From Octopus bimaculoides (lineage: Eukaryota): a stretch of DNA of 64,000 bases. The stretch spans positions 7,779,994 through 7,843,993 of the forward strand of contig NC_068982.1 of assembly GCF_001194135.2 (NCBI RefSeq). The letters are read 5' to 3'. Shown in pieces: positions 1 to 14,424 of this stretch. Numbering within the stretch: position 1 is the stretch's first letter; every line of letters starts with the position of its first letter. The position numbers were made by a program, and so were the translations under genes. The notes beneath the pieces are model-generated. The model saw only the letters and a list, made by a program, of their open reading frames with translations, was not told where the DNA came from and did no database searches.

Positions 1-310
1 ATCCTTCCAGCCATTCACAACTGCCAACACTCATCCATTCTCAATACATTTACACATTTTAGAAAATGTATTTATTATAAAAATTATTTTTAGTATATGT
101 TCTCTGCACATATCTTCATAGTAAATGACTCTAGATATCAGTACTGAAACAGTTTATAAGGTACATAATGTAATACTAAAGTTTGAATGGTATTTATGAG
201 GAGAAACTATGTAATGATGAGAAATAGTCATCATCACAAGGTTAATTTAAACATGAATTATATTCAAAATTCAATGGAAACTTGTATAAATAACCAAAGA
301 ATTTGCTCAC

Positions 311-379
311 CTGTCGTTTGTGTAACAATACTAGATTCTGTAGTTGATACATAGGTGGTATACTTCACAGTGGTTGATA
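311..379 (-). CDS. Exon, Thr/Ser-rich mucin-like segment
   Basis: [22 protein letters not shown]; acceptor TTCTTCAG, donor GTGAGC; phase 1-1. Confidence 0.8.
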
Positions 380-2465
380 CTGAAGAATAATGCATAATTG
401 AAATCATAGCTATATAGTTATCATCATTAAATTTTAATTTTATTTAATTTTAGTGGTAAATAAATTGGGATGAAACAGCAAATATGGTTTTTTTATCCGT
501 ATTTGAGCAAATATATAAAATGAACATTAAAGACAAAGAAAATCTGAGAACCAGTTTCTCTGTATATGTAAAAAGAAACTCCGTTTAAACCATAAATATC
601 TTTCCCAGCTAATCCTAGTTTACTACCATTAAAAGAATAACTAGATTTGGATTCTTCAAAAATGACTGACTCTGTTACAATCTTTGCATCATTTCTCTCT
701 GACCTCTACAACCTTTCCATATTCAATGCACATGTGCAAGCATGGCTGTGTGGTAAGAAGCTTGCTTCTCAATAATATGGTTCTGGGTTCAGTCTCACCG
801 CATGTCACCTTGGGCGAGTGTCTTCGGGCCAACTGAGTGGATTTGATAGACAAAAACTGAAAGAAGCTTGTTGTACACACACATATACATATATACATGC
901 ATATATATATCTATATATACATATATATATATATATATCATCATCATCATCATAATCATGTTAAACAATGATAATGATGATGATACAAATATGTATGTAT
1001 ATATATATCTATGTGTGTGTCTCTGTATCTCTTTGTCTCCCCACTATGATTTGATGACTGGTGTTAGTATTTCAGCAAAAGAGACTGATAAAATAGGTAC
1101 TAGGCTTCAAAAAACAAACCCTAGGGTCGATTTGTTTGACTAAAACCCTTGAAGGTGGTGCCCCAGCATGACCATTGTCAAATGACTGAAATGAGTAAAA
1201 GATAAAAGCTGCCCCAATATTATGTAGTATCACATTTCTAATCTTAGGTATGAGCACAGGTACATTTGGCATGGTTCAGAAGTTTGCTTCTGGACCATGC
1301 GATTAGGGATTTCAGCACCACTGAATGAACACTGTCAGTTAATATTGTCTACTACAGCCATTATCATCATCATTTAATGTCTGCTTTCCATGCTGGCATA
1401 GGCTGGATGGTTTGACTGAAAACTGGTAAGTCGCAGGGCTGCACCAGGTTCCAATCTGGCTTGGTAAGTTTTTACGGTTGGATGCCCTTCCTAATACCAA
1501 CTACTCCAAGTGTAATAGGTGTGTTTTACATGCCACTGACACAGGTGTCAATGACCTAACACTGGCATCAGCCACGACTACGGTCTCACTTGGCTTGACA
1601 AGTCTACACAAGCATGGTGTATCGCCAAAAGTCTTGGGCAGCTGTCACTGCATCCATGAATCCAAACGCACAAACAGTGCTTTTTACATGCCACCAGCAC
1701 TGGCAGCAGCCACGACTTCATTCGATTTGACTGGTCTTCACAAGCACAGCATATAACCCAACAACTGAAGAGTGTTTTCAATAGGCCAGTTACGCAACAC
1801 TGGCATCAGCTATAATTATGATCTCACTTGGCTATGACATCACTGCCTCAATGAGGCCCAACACTCAAATGGTGTTTTTTACGTGCCACCAGTATAGGTG
1901 CCAGTCAGATGGAACTGACATCGGCCCCCGACTATAATTTCACAAGGTTCGACAGGTCTTCACAAGCAAAGCATATTGCCCAACAATTGAAGAGTGCTTT
2001 AAACGGGCCAGTTACATGACACTGCATCAGCCATGACTACAATCTCCCTTGGCTTGACAGGGATTCACCAATACAAAATGTTGTGCAGGAACTGAAGAAG
2101 CTTGTCACATGTATGTATCCATGCATACGTGTATTTGTATGATTTCTATTTGTTTTAGGTGTGTTCATTGGCTGTAATCAAAATAACAGCCTCATTATTG
2201 AATACAGATAGTGTCATATGCTTGCAGTCAACCATGAAAGCATGTCCTGGCTTTTGGCATGTTTTGATGCATTGCATAATCAATGTAAACAATAAGGCTC
2301 AAGACTACGTCCAGGATCTTTGTTACTCACTAGACAAGGTGATTATAACCTAACTTGAAAACAGGTGAAGGGTGGCTGCAGGAAGGGCGCTTGGCCATAG
2401 AAAATCTGCCTCAATGAATTCCACCTAACACATACAAGCAAAGAAAAAAGTGGGCATTATGATGA

Positions 2466-2499
<34 letters not shown>

Positions 2500-4789
2500 G
2501 ATGCTGATGATGGTGATGACAACAATGATGATGGCAAATTTGCAGAGTGAATAAAACATTTTGTTCCAAGCAGGTATAAAAACTCCACAAACTTTTTTCA
2601 TCCATTCTATTTTCCAGCTTCTATGCAGTCATGCATATAGCACAAACACTTTTGTTTGTGCTATGTTTTGCAAATCTAAAAAACAGTCATTCATATAACA
2701 CAAACAAAAATGCTTTAAAGCAAAACTTAACAATGGTATAAGATTGAAAATATGAATTTGGTAAAATTGCAAAATTTAATGCTCACCACAGTCATCTTCA
2801 TCATCTGCTAAATTGCAGTCATAAACTCCATCACAAACTTTAGTTTTATTAATACATTCTCCATCACTACATTGGTACTGGTCAAGTGTACAGTTACAAG
2901 TTACACAAAACAGGTTTCCAGCTTTACAAGTGCTGTATTTTATAATGGTATAAAATAAAACAAATATGGGTCATTATACATGTCATAGCATCATTTAAAT
3001 TATCAATTAACTTAATTGATAATTTTATTAGCAATTTTATTTTGGTGGCACAGTTTCTTTAACTGGCTGGAATTATGTTTTAATTGTTTCCTTTTTCCCA
3101 TTCTGGCAAATACCAAAGTGATGAAAATTTATTGAACTTTAATAGGTTCTGCGGAGCTCTTTGAACTTTTCTTAGGATATTTAACACACCTAGAGTTTGC
3201 CAGTGTGCCTTCATGCTTGCACAAAGTTGGTCCCTATGTTGGAGTTGTAGCATCCACTTTTTAATTTACTGAATTTTAAAATTATAATTAAAAAGCAATA
3301 ATAAGATCGATATTTTGTTTTTTAAAAACTGCATAGTAGTAATTACTAGATAAGAAGAATAAAAAAAGAAATCTTGCAAGTAGATAAGAATTAAGTAAAC
3401 ATGTGTATAATTTCAGTTTCATTAATTAATTTCAAGGTACAGGAATAATTAACAAACAACAGCAACAAATTTGACATTTAGTTTACCTTCAATCTATGGA
3501 TAATCTCATATCCTCATTTACAACAATATTCCTTGAATGACTACATGGACATGTTTCTTTAACTTTTTAGCATTCAGATTAATCCGTTAAATATAATACA
3601 TATTTATTCACATTCTTTTGAGTTCATCATGCATTATCTCATAGATTTTGATGATATGATTGTTTATTTTAAGAATGACATGGTCAGGTAGGTGTGAGTG
3701 GCTGCATCTGACAAGTTTGAACATAAATGAGGTAAAATATTTGGGCTGCATGTGGTCAATTTAAATGCTAAAGGGTTAAAGCAAGAATCCTCACAATCAA
3801 AATAGAATTTTAATATTTCTTTCTTTATAAAATCTTGAGTTTAATATACAGTAAAGATTCTTCAAAACAAACTTACCAATTCTTGCAATTATTCTTAATA
3901 ATGAACGTTCCAGATGGATAAATATTCTCCTCATCTAGACATGGGCATTCCGTTTTAGGTATGCACTTATCACCTGTAAGATATTTAATGTATGTTATGA
4001 ACACAGTGATACTGAACCTGGAATCATGTGGTTGGGAAGTAAACTTCTTACCACACAGCCACAGACCTACACATAAATTAATGTTCCACACATAAAGCGT
4101 CATACCCCCCCCCCACCTTATTTTTTTACACTTGTGAAAGATATTCTACACCAGTAATTCCCAACCTGTGATCCACAGACCCCTGCAGGTCTGCAAAAGT
4201 AGTACTGGGGGTCCATGAAATGAATTCAAAATTTCATATGTGTATACATAAGGATAAGCATATTAAAAGGGGTCCATGAGAAAACTCTTTTAAATAAAAG
4301 GGTTGGGAACCACTGTTAGGAACATCATCGTCATCATCATCATCATTTAACGTCCGCTTTCCATGCTGGCATGGGTTGGACGGTTTGACTGAGGGCTGGC
4401 AAGCAAGAGGGCTGCACCAGGCTCCAGTCCAATCTGGCAAACTTTCAACAGTTGGTAGCCCTTCCTAAATGCCAACCACTCCTAGAGTGTAGTGGGTGCT
4501 TTTTACTACCCTGCAAGTGCTAGTGCCACATAAAAAGCATCCAGTTTACACTGTAAAGTGGTTAGCATTTGGAAGGGCAATCCAGCAGTAAAAACCATGC
4601 CAAAACTGACCTCACCTATGTTGGTGCCACATAAAAATGCACTCAGCAGAGTGGTTGATGTTAGGAAGGGCATCCAGCCATAAAAGCTATGCCAAAACAG
4701 ACACTGAAGCCTGGTGCAGCCTTCTGCCAAGCCACCTCCTGTTGAACCATCCAACCCATGCCAGCATGGAAAGCAGACATTAAATAATA

Positions 4790-4820
<31 letters not shown>

Positions 4821-6879
4821 CGATGTGTTTGTCATCATTTACATAACCAGAAAAAATAGACATTATACATGTTTTTTATATATTACTGTTTGTTAAGTGA
4901 GCAAAAATATGCAAGATCAATCAATAAAGAAAATAAATTAAAATCCAAAGAAACAATTAATAGTCAACCTTAAGAAAAAAAAACTTTAAATATCTTACCA
5001 TCTTCTACTTGACCCTCTGGACAATAGCATCCTTCAGTGCAAAATGTTCCATTATCATTTATATGAGTAGAACTTAAATCTCTGCATGTTTGTGGGTTTG
5101 CAGGCCCACAAGCTCTGTACTCTCGACCACCAGTACACATGACACCTGAAAGTAATAAATTTAGTAGGATATTCAAAAATTATGAGAGAGTGTTGCAAAG
5201 TTCCTGGCTTTAAGGGTATCACAAAAGGCCCAGTTGGAGGTCCAATCTTCCAAGTTCTTTTACAGAGCTTAGAAAAACTAAAGGATTGCTGCAATAAGCG
5301 TTTGAATCTGAGAATGGAATATGTTGAATAAAACCATAATTAACTGATCCTCCTGTATTTTCTTTTATCCAAAACCAGGAACTTTTCAGCACCCACTCAT
5401 ATACCAAAACTTAGAAAGAAAATGCACCTACATTTTACACTAGAATAAATTTACTGAAGAGAGGTATAATCAATTGAACTGAACTAGTGTATAACTGGTA
5501 CTTATTCTACATACTGCAGAATGGTATGAAACAGGGTTGATCGTATGAGGAATTAATCTCAAAATACCGAGCATCAAGACTAAATATTTTGTGACATTAA
5601 GTCCAACACTACACCACTTCTTGTTTAATCAGTGTCCATGTGTGCAGAATGTGCAGGTATGTGTATCCACATACATATTTGAGGAGATATATGTGCATGC
5701 AGGTGCATGTTCAAGTCTGCTTGTTGTTTATTCTTATGGATTATTATATCTAGGCAGGTAACAGCTCAGTAGCTATGGATCTTCCCTTTATTCTTATCTC
5801 CCAAGATGATACTAAATCTACTACATATGTGGGAAATTCTGCCTGTTGTGTTTGTGGAGTTGTTAGCTAACTCCTCCTGCATTGATTTTGATGAAACTTG
5901 ACACATGAGTAGAACTCATGTCTGGAAATCTTACAGCATACTCAGATTATTGAAAAAATTGATAATAGGGCCCCCGGAAGGGATCCTTATATAGATCTAA
6001 TATATTTCATGTCAAAAAACAAGGGAAATAACCCATTCCCCTGGAAAGGATCCTTATATATAACCAAGGGAAATGACCCATTCATTTTCCTAAATTATTT
6101 GGTAAAAATGAAATTGAGTATGCTTAATTCTTAGTATTTGAACTGTTAGAGTTATTTTCACAGTTTTTCCAGTACAACCCTTAAACAAGCAAATAGTATT
6201 TTCCTAAACAATAGATCCACTTAGTGACTTATTCACAAATATACCAACACTTGCACCCCTGAGGGTAATATTCTCTGGGAATGCACAAAAGCCCTTTTCA
6301 GAGTTATTTACTTTGAATTGTTATTATCTCATATCTGATTAGTTTGTTATTACATAACATGCTTCACGATTTTAGTATACATAACTTAGCATTTCCTCCT
6401 ATGCTTTACATACACTGAGAACACATTAAAGCCCTTTACGGGCTACTTTATTTGAATTCTTACTATTGGGTAACTATTTTCATGTTATTACATAATTGAC
6501 TTCACAATTTGGGTATTCATAACATATTAGGAATTCCTAAAAACAAGATCCTGTGTAAGACAGTTCAGTTTTCTCTGTAAATGCAGAAAAACCGTTTTAA
6601 GGGCTACATACTTTGTATTGTTGTTATTGGACTAGCAAAACAATTATGAGAACGAAACCAAGGGATAAGCCCCACTTTGCCAGAAATTATGGACTGATGG
6701 AGATTTTTCCTTAGTTCTCTTTCTTTTTCTCTCTGGACTTTCCTGTTTCTGACGAAGAGCTATGCTCAAAATGGTAACAACATCTCTCTCTTTTCTTCAA
6801 GCATCCAATTAATATATTTCTTGTGCATGTCCTCACATTCATTTTTTGCTGTTCTTTTAATTGTTTGTTTATTTGAATT

Positions 6880-6915
<36 letters not shown>

Positions 6916-9900
6916 GGTCTGATCAATAAGTATCCAGACTGTTGCCATAGCAATGAAGCTAAAGCATGCAGAGACATGGCACAGACTGATCTTGAACTCT
7001 GCTGTGCATGAGCACTAAATTTTAACTTTCTAGCACACTTCTGCTTTTACAGCAGTACTTGGGAGGAAGGTGTGTATCATGTGATTGTCGCATTGACAAT
7101 GACAGAGAAAGTTAACCAGAGAATCTGCATCAAATTTTGCCGGAAGCTTGGAGATACCTGCTCAGAGGTCTACGCAAAGTTTTCAAAAAGCTTTCATCAT
7201 TCTCGACACAATCGAGATCTTGTGCAACTGAAACACAAATGTCATTTTGGTCAACTGAAAGCAGTTTTGGCACAAACTTAGCAGACATGCATCTCATACC
7301 CAAATCTTCAGTGATAATGGACTGAACTGTAACTGTAACTAATCTGCACATCCTCTGGTAACTCATGGATGGTGATTCAATGATTTCCCCTCACAGCTGC
7401 ACACGCATTTGTGATGTTTTTACTCAGTTCTGCTGGTTGTTGGCCTCCCAGAACGTTTGTCAAAATCAATATTTTTCAGCCATCTTGGAAACGTCTTAAA
7501 CCACTCAAACACTTGTGTCTGGCTCATTACACTCCTCTCCATACACTTTCTGCAACTTTGTGTAGGCCTCTGAGCAGGTATTGCCATGACAACTTCCTCT
7601 GTCATGGTCAATGCGATGATCAAACACTACACACCTTCCTTCCAAGCACTGCTGTAAACAGTAGATGTGAGCTAAAATGTTAAAACTTAGTGTGCATGCA
7701 CAGCAGAGTTCAAGGTTAATCTTTGCCAAACAGCTTCACTCTTCATGCCTTAGCGTTTTTACTATGGCAATAGTCCAAATACTTATTGACCAATTGATCA
7801 GACTCCATATNNNNNNNNNNNNNNNNNNNNNNNNNNNNNNNNNNNNNNNNNNNNNNNNNNNNNNNNNNNNNNNNNNNNNNNNNNNNNNNNNNNNNNNNNN
7901 NNNNNNNNNNNNNNNNNNNNNNNNNNNNNNNNNATATATATATATATATATATATAAGGGATTACCCCTAAATGATTACCAGTTTGCTCTCAGTTAGGTA
8001 TTCAAAATACGTTATTCAATAGTTAACATATAAACCCAAGGCAGCATGGAATATGGATGCTTGGAATATGGAATACCAGCACTAGTGAAGTTCTCAACAA
8101 GACAAGACTCCTCGACTGAAAGTGGTGGTGGAAGGGATCTTGTTTTGAAGGAAGAGGCTTTATATCAATTACTGAGATATATGTATATAATTTTTTGTAT
8201 CTTGCTATTTCTCTACTAAAATTAACAACCTACCACAGAGTTCAGAAGAACGCCAATTTACAGGAACTCCATTAGTAGCACACTTGGTAGCAAAATTGGC
8301 TACTGCAGTACACAAACATTCACAATCACCTCCAAGATTACAGCTAAAACATGGAAGGAAGAAACAATTTTAAAATAAAATAATCTGACATCAACATGAA
8401 TTATTATCATATACATATGTTTTTTTTTGGCATGTAAACATGATTACAAGATTCAATCAAATTATCAACAAAATGTCAGTTAAAGAAGAATTGACATCTA
8501 CTTAGAGATTCAATTATGTTTACCAATTTTGAGACAAGGCCAGCAATTTCAGGAGAGATAAGTCAATTACATCAACCCCGGTGTTCAAATTGTACTTATT
8601 TTATCGACCTTGAAAGGATGAAAGGTTAAGTCAACCTCGGTGGAATTTAAACTCAGAATGCAAAGACAGACAAAATGTTGCTAAGCATTTTGCCCAGCAT
8701 GCTAATGAGTCTACCAGCTTGCCACCTTTTTCAGATTCAATGATAAAGCGACAAGTAATAGAGATAACACTGCTGAGCTATTTTGATTATCATTATAGCA
8801 AATTATAAACTTGGTTTTGTTTCAGCAGAAGTATTTATTAACACAAGTTCCGATTAATACCAGAAAATTACTGGAGAAACATAATCTAAATAATATTGCA
8901 AATAGTTCAATACAACAGTAAATTTTCTTTATGTATCATAATCACATTGTTTATCTACTTCTCTGCTACAAGTTTGAAGATTTTACTCTATTATTAATAA
9001 AAACATAAATCTATAAATTATTTTCAGGTTTATAATTTGATATACAGAAACCTATCCCCAATAATTAGTTAGAAAAATGAGAAAACTTTATAATCAAATT
9101 CTTAAACATTGTCATTGTTTTATTTACAGTTACAATAACCCAATGTTATTACATCTATGTTTAAAAGAATATTTTAATATTTTGTACAATTCTCAAATGC
9201 AAAATGCCTCTTCATAGGCATGGCTGTGTGGTAAGAAGCTTGCTTCCCAATCACATGATTCAGGGAGTGAATTTGGTAGACGGAAAATGAAAGAAGCCCA
9301 TCATATATGTGTGTGTACATGTCTTTATGCCTGTGCTTATCCCCTAACCACTGCTTGACAACTGGTGCTGGTGTGTTTATGTCCCTGTAACTTAGCAGTT
9401 CAGCAAAAGTAACTAATAGAATAAGTACCAGTCTTTTAATAAAATAAGTCCTGGGGTTGATACAATTGACTAAAACTTCTTCAAGGTGTTGCCCCAGCAT
9501 GGCTGCAGTCTGATAGCTGAAACAAAATATAAAATATATTCTCTTAATTGTTTCAGCCATTTGACTGCACCCATGCTGGAGCACCACCTTAAGGGGTTTT
9601 AAGCAAAGAAATCAACTCCAGGACTTATTCTTTGTAAGCTTAGTACTTATTCTATTGGTTTCTTTTGTTGAACCACTAAGTGAGTAAGTGAGGGGGACAT
9701 AAACACACTAGGCATCAGTTATCAAGCAATGGTGGGGAAACAAACACATACACACACACATAAATATATACATACACTGAACTGCAAAAGAAACACGAGA
9801 CATGTGTGATTGTGAAATATATTTTAATTTCGTTATATCAGAGATAACTTTTGGTAAATCTGATAAAGTCAATTTCTTGGATGCCCTTTGACCACAGTCT

Positions 9901-11787
9901 ATGGGCCATTGTGATGTGTTCTGGTAGTGGGCAGATCCAGCACATCGAGATTGTAAGGTGTGACATGTTCAATACCATGTATGCTCTCCCTGGGCATTCA
10001 AAATGAATGTACACTGTCAGTACATGGAGTGCATGATGCAGTTCACAAAAGCCATTGGCACTTGTGCCCACACCCTGAGGAAAGCTGCCTCTAGTTCCAC
10101 ACATGTTTTTGGCCTTGGGACCACCTGGTTCAGCCATCTCTGTATTTCATCCCACAGGTGTTCAATTGGGTTCAAATGCACTCTGAGAGTTGGCTACAGC
10201 ATGGTTCTAATGTTGTGCTGATGCAGGAAGACCATGTAGATCCTTAGCCATGTGGGAGGGAACATTTGTCCAGCTGGAACACATGGCTATGGTGATACAC
10301 AAAAAAGGGCACAATGTGAGGTCTTAGGACCTGGTCAACATAATGGTGCACTGTGATGTCATTCCCTCTGTCTGCACCAACATTTTGGAACACATGGGGC
10401 CCAATTCTGATTCAGGCCTATAGCACCCCAAACACTGATGCTTTGGCCACCCCATGTCTCTCTCCATGACACATGCGTCTCTGTAGTGTCCACCCCTCTT
10501 ACGCCACACTCTCACTCTACCATCCAAGGTGGAAACACAGTACCGGCTCTCATCAGAGAAGACTATCAACCACCATTGCTGATGCCACCAATGTTGGTGG
10601 TGTGTAGCCCACTGTAGTTGTGCTTGAGTGTGGTGAGCAGTGATGACAGGCCCTCAAGCAGGATAAGAGCAACACAGATTGTTGACAGCCAGTTGTACCG
10701 TGTCATTGCTGATGGGTCGCTGTCTAATGTCAATGGTCTCGTGAGCGGTCGTGCTGGCCCCAGTCTGAAATTATTACAGAAGTGTTACAGGTGGACGAAG
10801 CAGTCCTGCCTGGGTGCGGTCACCCAGTGGCACCCTCTGAAGGCACAGTCTGCAGTGCTGTTGGTGTTGTTGTATCACTGTTGCAGGCGATAGAATTGTA
10901 CTGACATGGACATTGTAAGCTTTCGCAACAACCAGGGGACACTGCCCAGCTTGCAATTGGCCAATAGCTTGTTCTTTCTGCGCTGCTGCCAATTAGGTCG
11001 TACCTGATGCATCCAAATTACAAATGCCAGGAACGCGGTTCAAATTGATTTTTATACCCATAACCTTCACAAGATGCGGGTGCATTTCGGTTTTCATGAC
11101 AATTGTTTGTGACTACCACCCACGGCATTCAACACAGCTGCGTTTTGGCGTCTCGTTTCAGGAAAAGTTGAAAGGTTACCTGCAATTTGGGTCCCAGCCA
11201 TAAACCATCATGTCTTGGAATATTTACACTTACATCCCTGAAATAAATTTTCAGAATTTAACATATAAAAATGACATTTGCTAAAAACCACGTTTCTTTT
11301 GTGGTTCAGTGTATATATTTATATATACAACAGGCTTCTTTTAGTTTCTGACTACCAAATCCACTTACAAGGCTTTGGTCAACCCAAAGCTACAGTAGAA
11401 GACTGTGGCCCAAGGTGCCACCCAGAACCATGTGGTTGGGAAGCAAGCTTCTTACCACACAGCCACCCTTGTGCCTATCGTTATATATTTATCATTTCAC
11501 AATAATAAGAGTGTATAGACTTACCCGCAAGCATCATAGAGACAATCTTCATAATATTCTTTGACAACATTATCAGGTAGGATATTACGGCAGCTTGCAA
11601 ACAAAGGGCCTTTTTTTATTGTACCACAACTTTCCATAGCCCACTGTTTCCTTATAGAGTTATACTGGAAAATAAATATTATAAATTCATTTATTTACAT
11701 ATTTTTGGAAATTAAAAATTGCAAAATCTGAAATCACTGCAATCAAAAACATAATCCATATTTAGTAGCAGTAGCAGTAGCAGTAGC

Positions 11788-11839
<52 letters not shown>

Positions 11840-14375
11840 CTAGCAGCAGCAGCAGCAGCATGGAAAGCAGGCATTAAACAATGCCTGATAGATAGATAGA
11901 TAGATAGATAAATAACAAATGATGGATGTCAATTCATTACAGCTGTTTATAACACATTTTTTAATAGATGCTACCTATCATTTAAGTACTTGATTCTCTC
12001 CCAAATCCTTTATATTGTCGTCATCATCATCATCATCATCATTTAACATCTATTGTCCATGCTGGCATGGGTTGGATAGCTTGACTGGGCTGGCACGCTG
12101 GAAGTCTGCACCAGACTCCAGTTTGATTTGGCATGGTTTTCTACAGCTGGATGCGCTGGGTGCTTTTACATGCCACCGGCACAGGTGCTATTTGCATGAC
12201 ACAGGGGTGTATTTACATGCCACCGGCATGGGTGCCAGTTTGCATGACACTGATATCTTCTATGACTGCGATTTTGCTTGGCTTGATAGATCTTCTTCTC
12301 AAGCATAACATAATGACAAAGGTCTTGGTCATTGCCTCCGTGAGGCCCAACACTCAAAAGGAACCCAGCCACTTTGCCTCCATGAGGCCTAACACTTGAT
12401 AGGAACTCAGCTACCTTGCCTCCATGAGGCCTAACACTTGATAGGAACTCAACTACCTTGCCTCCATGAGGCCTAACACTTGATAGGAACTCAGCTACCT
12501 TGCCTCCATGAGGCCTAACACTTGATAGGAACTCAGCTACCTTGCATCCATGAGGCCAACACTCAGAAGGAAGTCAGCCACTTTGCCTCTGTAATGCTTA
12601 ATACTCAAGAGGAACTCAGTTACTTTGTGTGTGTGTGTGTGTGTGTGTGCATGTGTGTGTGTGTGTCTGTTAGTTATCTACCACTGCTTGACAACTGGTG
12701 GTGATGTGATTACATCCCCATAACTTAGCTGTTTGGCAAAAGAGACCAATAGAGTAAGTACAAGGCTCAAAAAAAAGTCTTGGGGGTGATTTGTTTGACT
12801 AAAACCCTTCAAGGTGGTGCTCCAGAGCTTGGCCTCAATCAAACTGCTGAAATAATAAGTAAAAGATAAAAGAGAAGTATATAACTGAGATGATTTATTT
12901 CTTTCCAAAAGAGTCTATATTTTATTTGTGAACATCAAAGTGAAAACAAAATTGCTTACAACACAAGGGTGAACATTATTTTCAGGCTTGTTCTGTGGAA
13001 CCATTGGACAATCAAAAACTCTCCAACTGTGGGCAAATGCTGAAGGAACACGTTCAATAGATTCATACCGTGACATAAAATCATTGGTAGAATCTCGATC
13101 AAAATTACCACACAGCCCTTGAACTTTTCCCATCCAGTTTTCTGCTAAATGCACATACACCCTTGTACCTGTTAAGTGTGAAAATCAAAACATTGATAGC
13201 AAAAGCATTTCTTTATTTTCCTTTAAGAATATTCTCTTAAGTATAAATGTAATAAAATGAGTTTATTTAATATTAATAATATTGATGACAGCTTAAAATA
13301 TGTTTCCATAATCTCTTAATCTCAAGACAGATTTCCTACCATTTATCATTTTTATAGTGATTGTTGTCTTCAATTGTTTATATTCATGTCTGAATTTACT
13401 CTTTAAAATCAAGGTTAACTTTTTTTTTGAAGCTCAAAATTAACTTTTACTGCATATTCCTAAACTGAATATAATACATGTAAATATATGAGCAAATTCA
13501 ATAATCATGAAAGACATTCTAACAGAAAATCATTTACTGAGTATTTGTTTTTAAAACTCACTGAAAACTGGATGAACTAAAGTGATACAACAATGAATGC
13601 TCATTACCTTGATCCCATTGGACAGTTAATCCTATATTGGTAAATAATGAGTAGTAGAAGTCTGATTTCTTTATTGAAAATCCTGATGTTGCTATTCCTC
13701 TGTCAGAGATTTTTACACCATCAATAGTGGGAATCTTGTCCATTACAAAATGGATCTTATTATTGAGCAAATAGACAACAACGTCTTTGGTACAAGTGAC
13801 TGCAGGAAAGCCACATTTGATATTTTTAATAGTAATTGCAAATGTTTTATCAACAGCCTCTGTCAAAACATATTCACAATCTCCTTCAAATGTATAGTGA
13901 ATGCCATCAAAGGTAAAATAATGAGGATCACCTGATGCCCAACATGTGGCTAAAAAGAATAACAATGAATATAAAGTTAAAGCAATTAACTGATAAAATT
14001 AATTAAAACTCAAAAGTTTAAATAATAAATTCAAGTTCTACTTTTCTGTGAGGAATACTACTTAATAATATAAATCATGAATTTTATTTTTACCTTATTT
14101 TCTATATCATATCTACATGTGCCCATATGGCAACATGTAAAGGCACCTGTGCAGTGATATGTAAAAGCACCTGTGCAGCATCACGTAAAAGCGCACATGT
14201 GATACCACAAGCATCCAGCACACTCTGTAAAGTGATTGATGTTAGGAAGGACATCCAGCCATAGAAACCATGCCAAATCAGACTGGAGTCTGGTGCCACC
14301 CCACCCCAGCCTGCCAGTTATGGTCACACCACCCAACCCATGCCAGCATGAACAACACACGTTAAATGATGAGGA

Positions 14376-14424
<49 letters not shown>

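Noticed and set aside
6640-6900. Penelope-like terminal motif CTGACGAAGAG..GCTC.AAA (similar at ~28570-28612)
   Set aside because: Too short and no coding remnant; cannot be supported without a repeat library.
12361-12626. CRISPR-like appearance of regular repeats
   Set aside because: No unique spacers, eukaryotic context, no cas genes.
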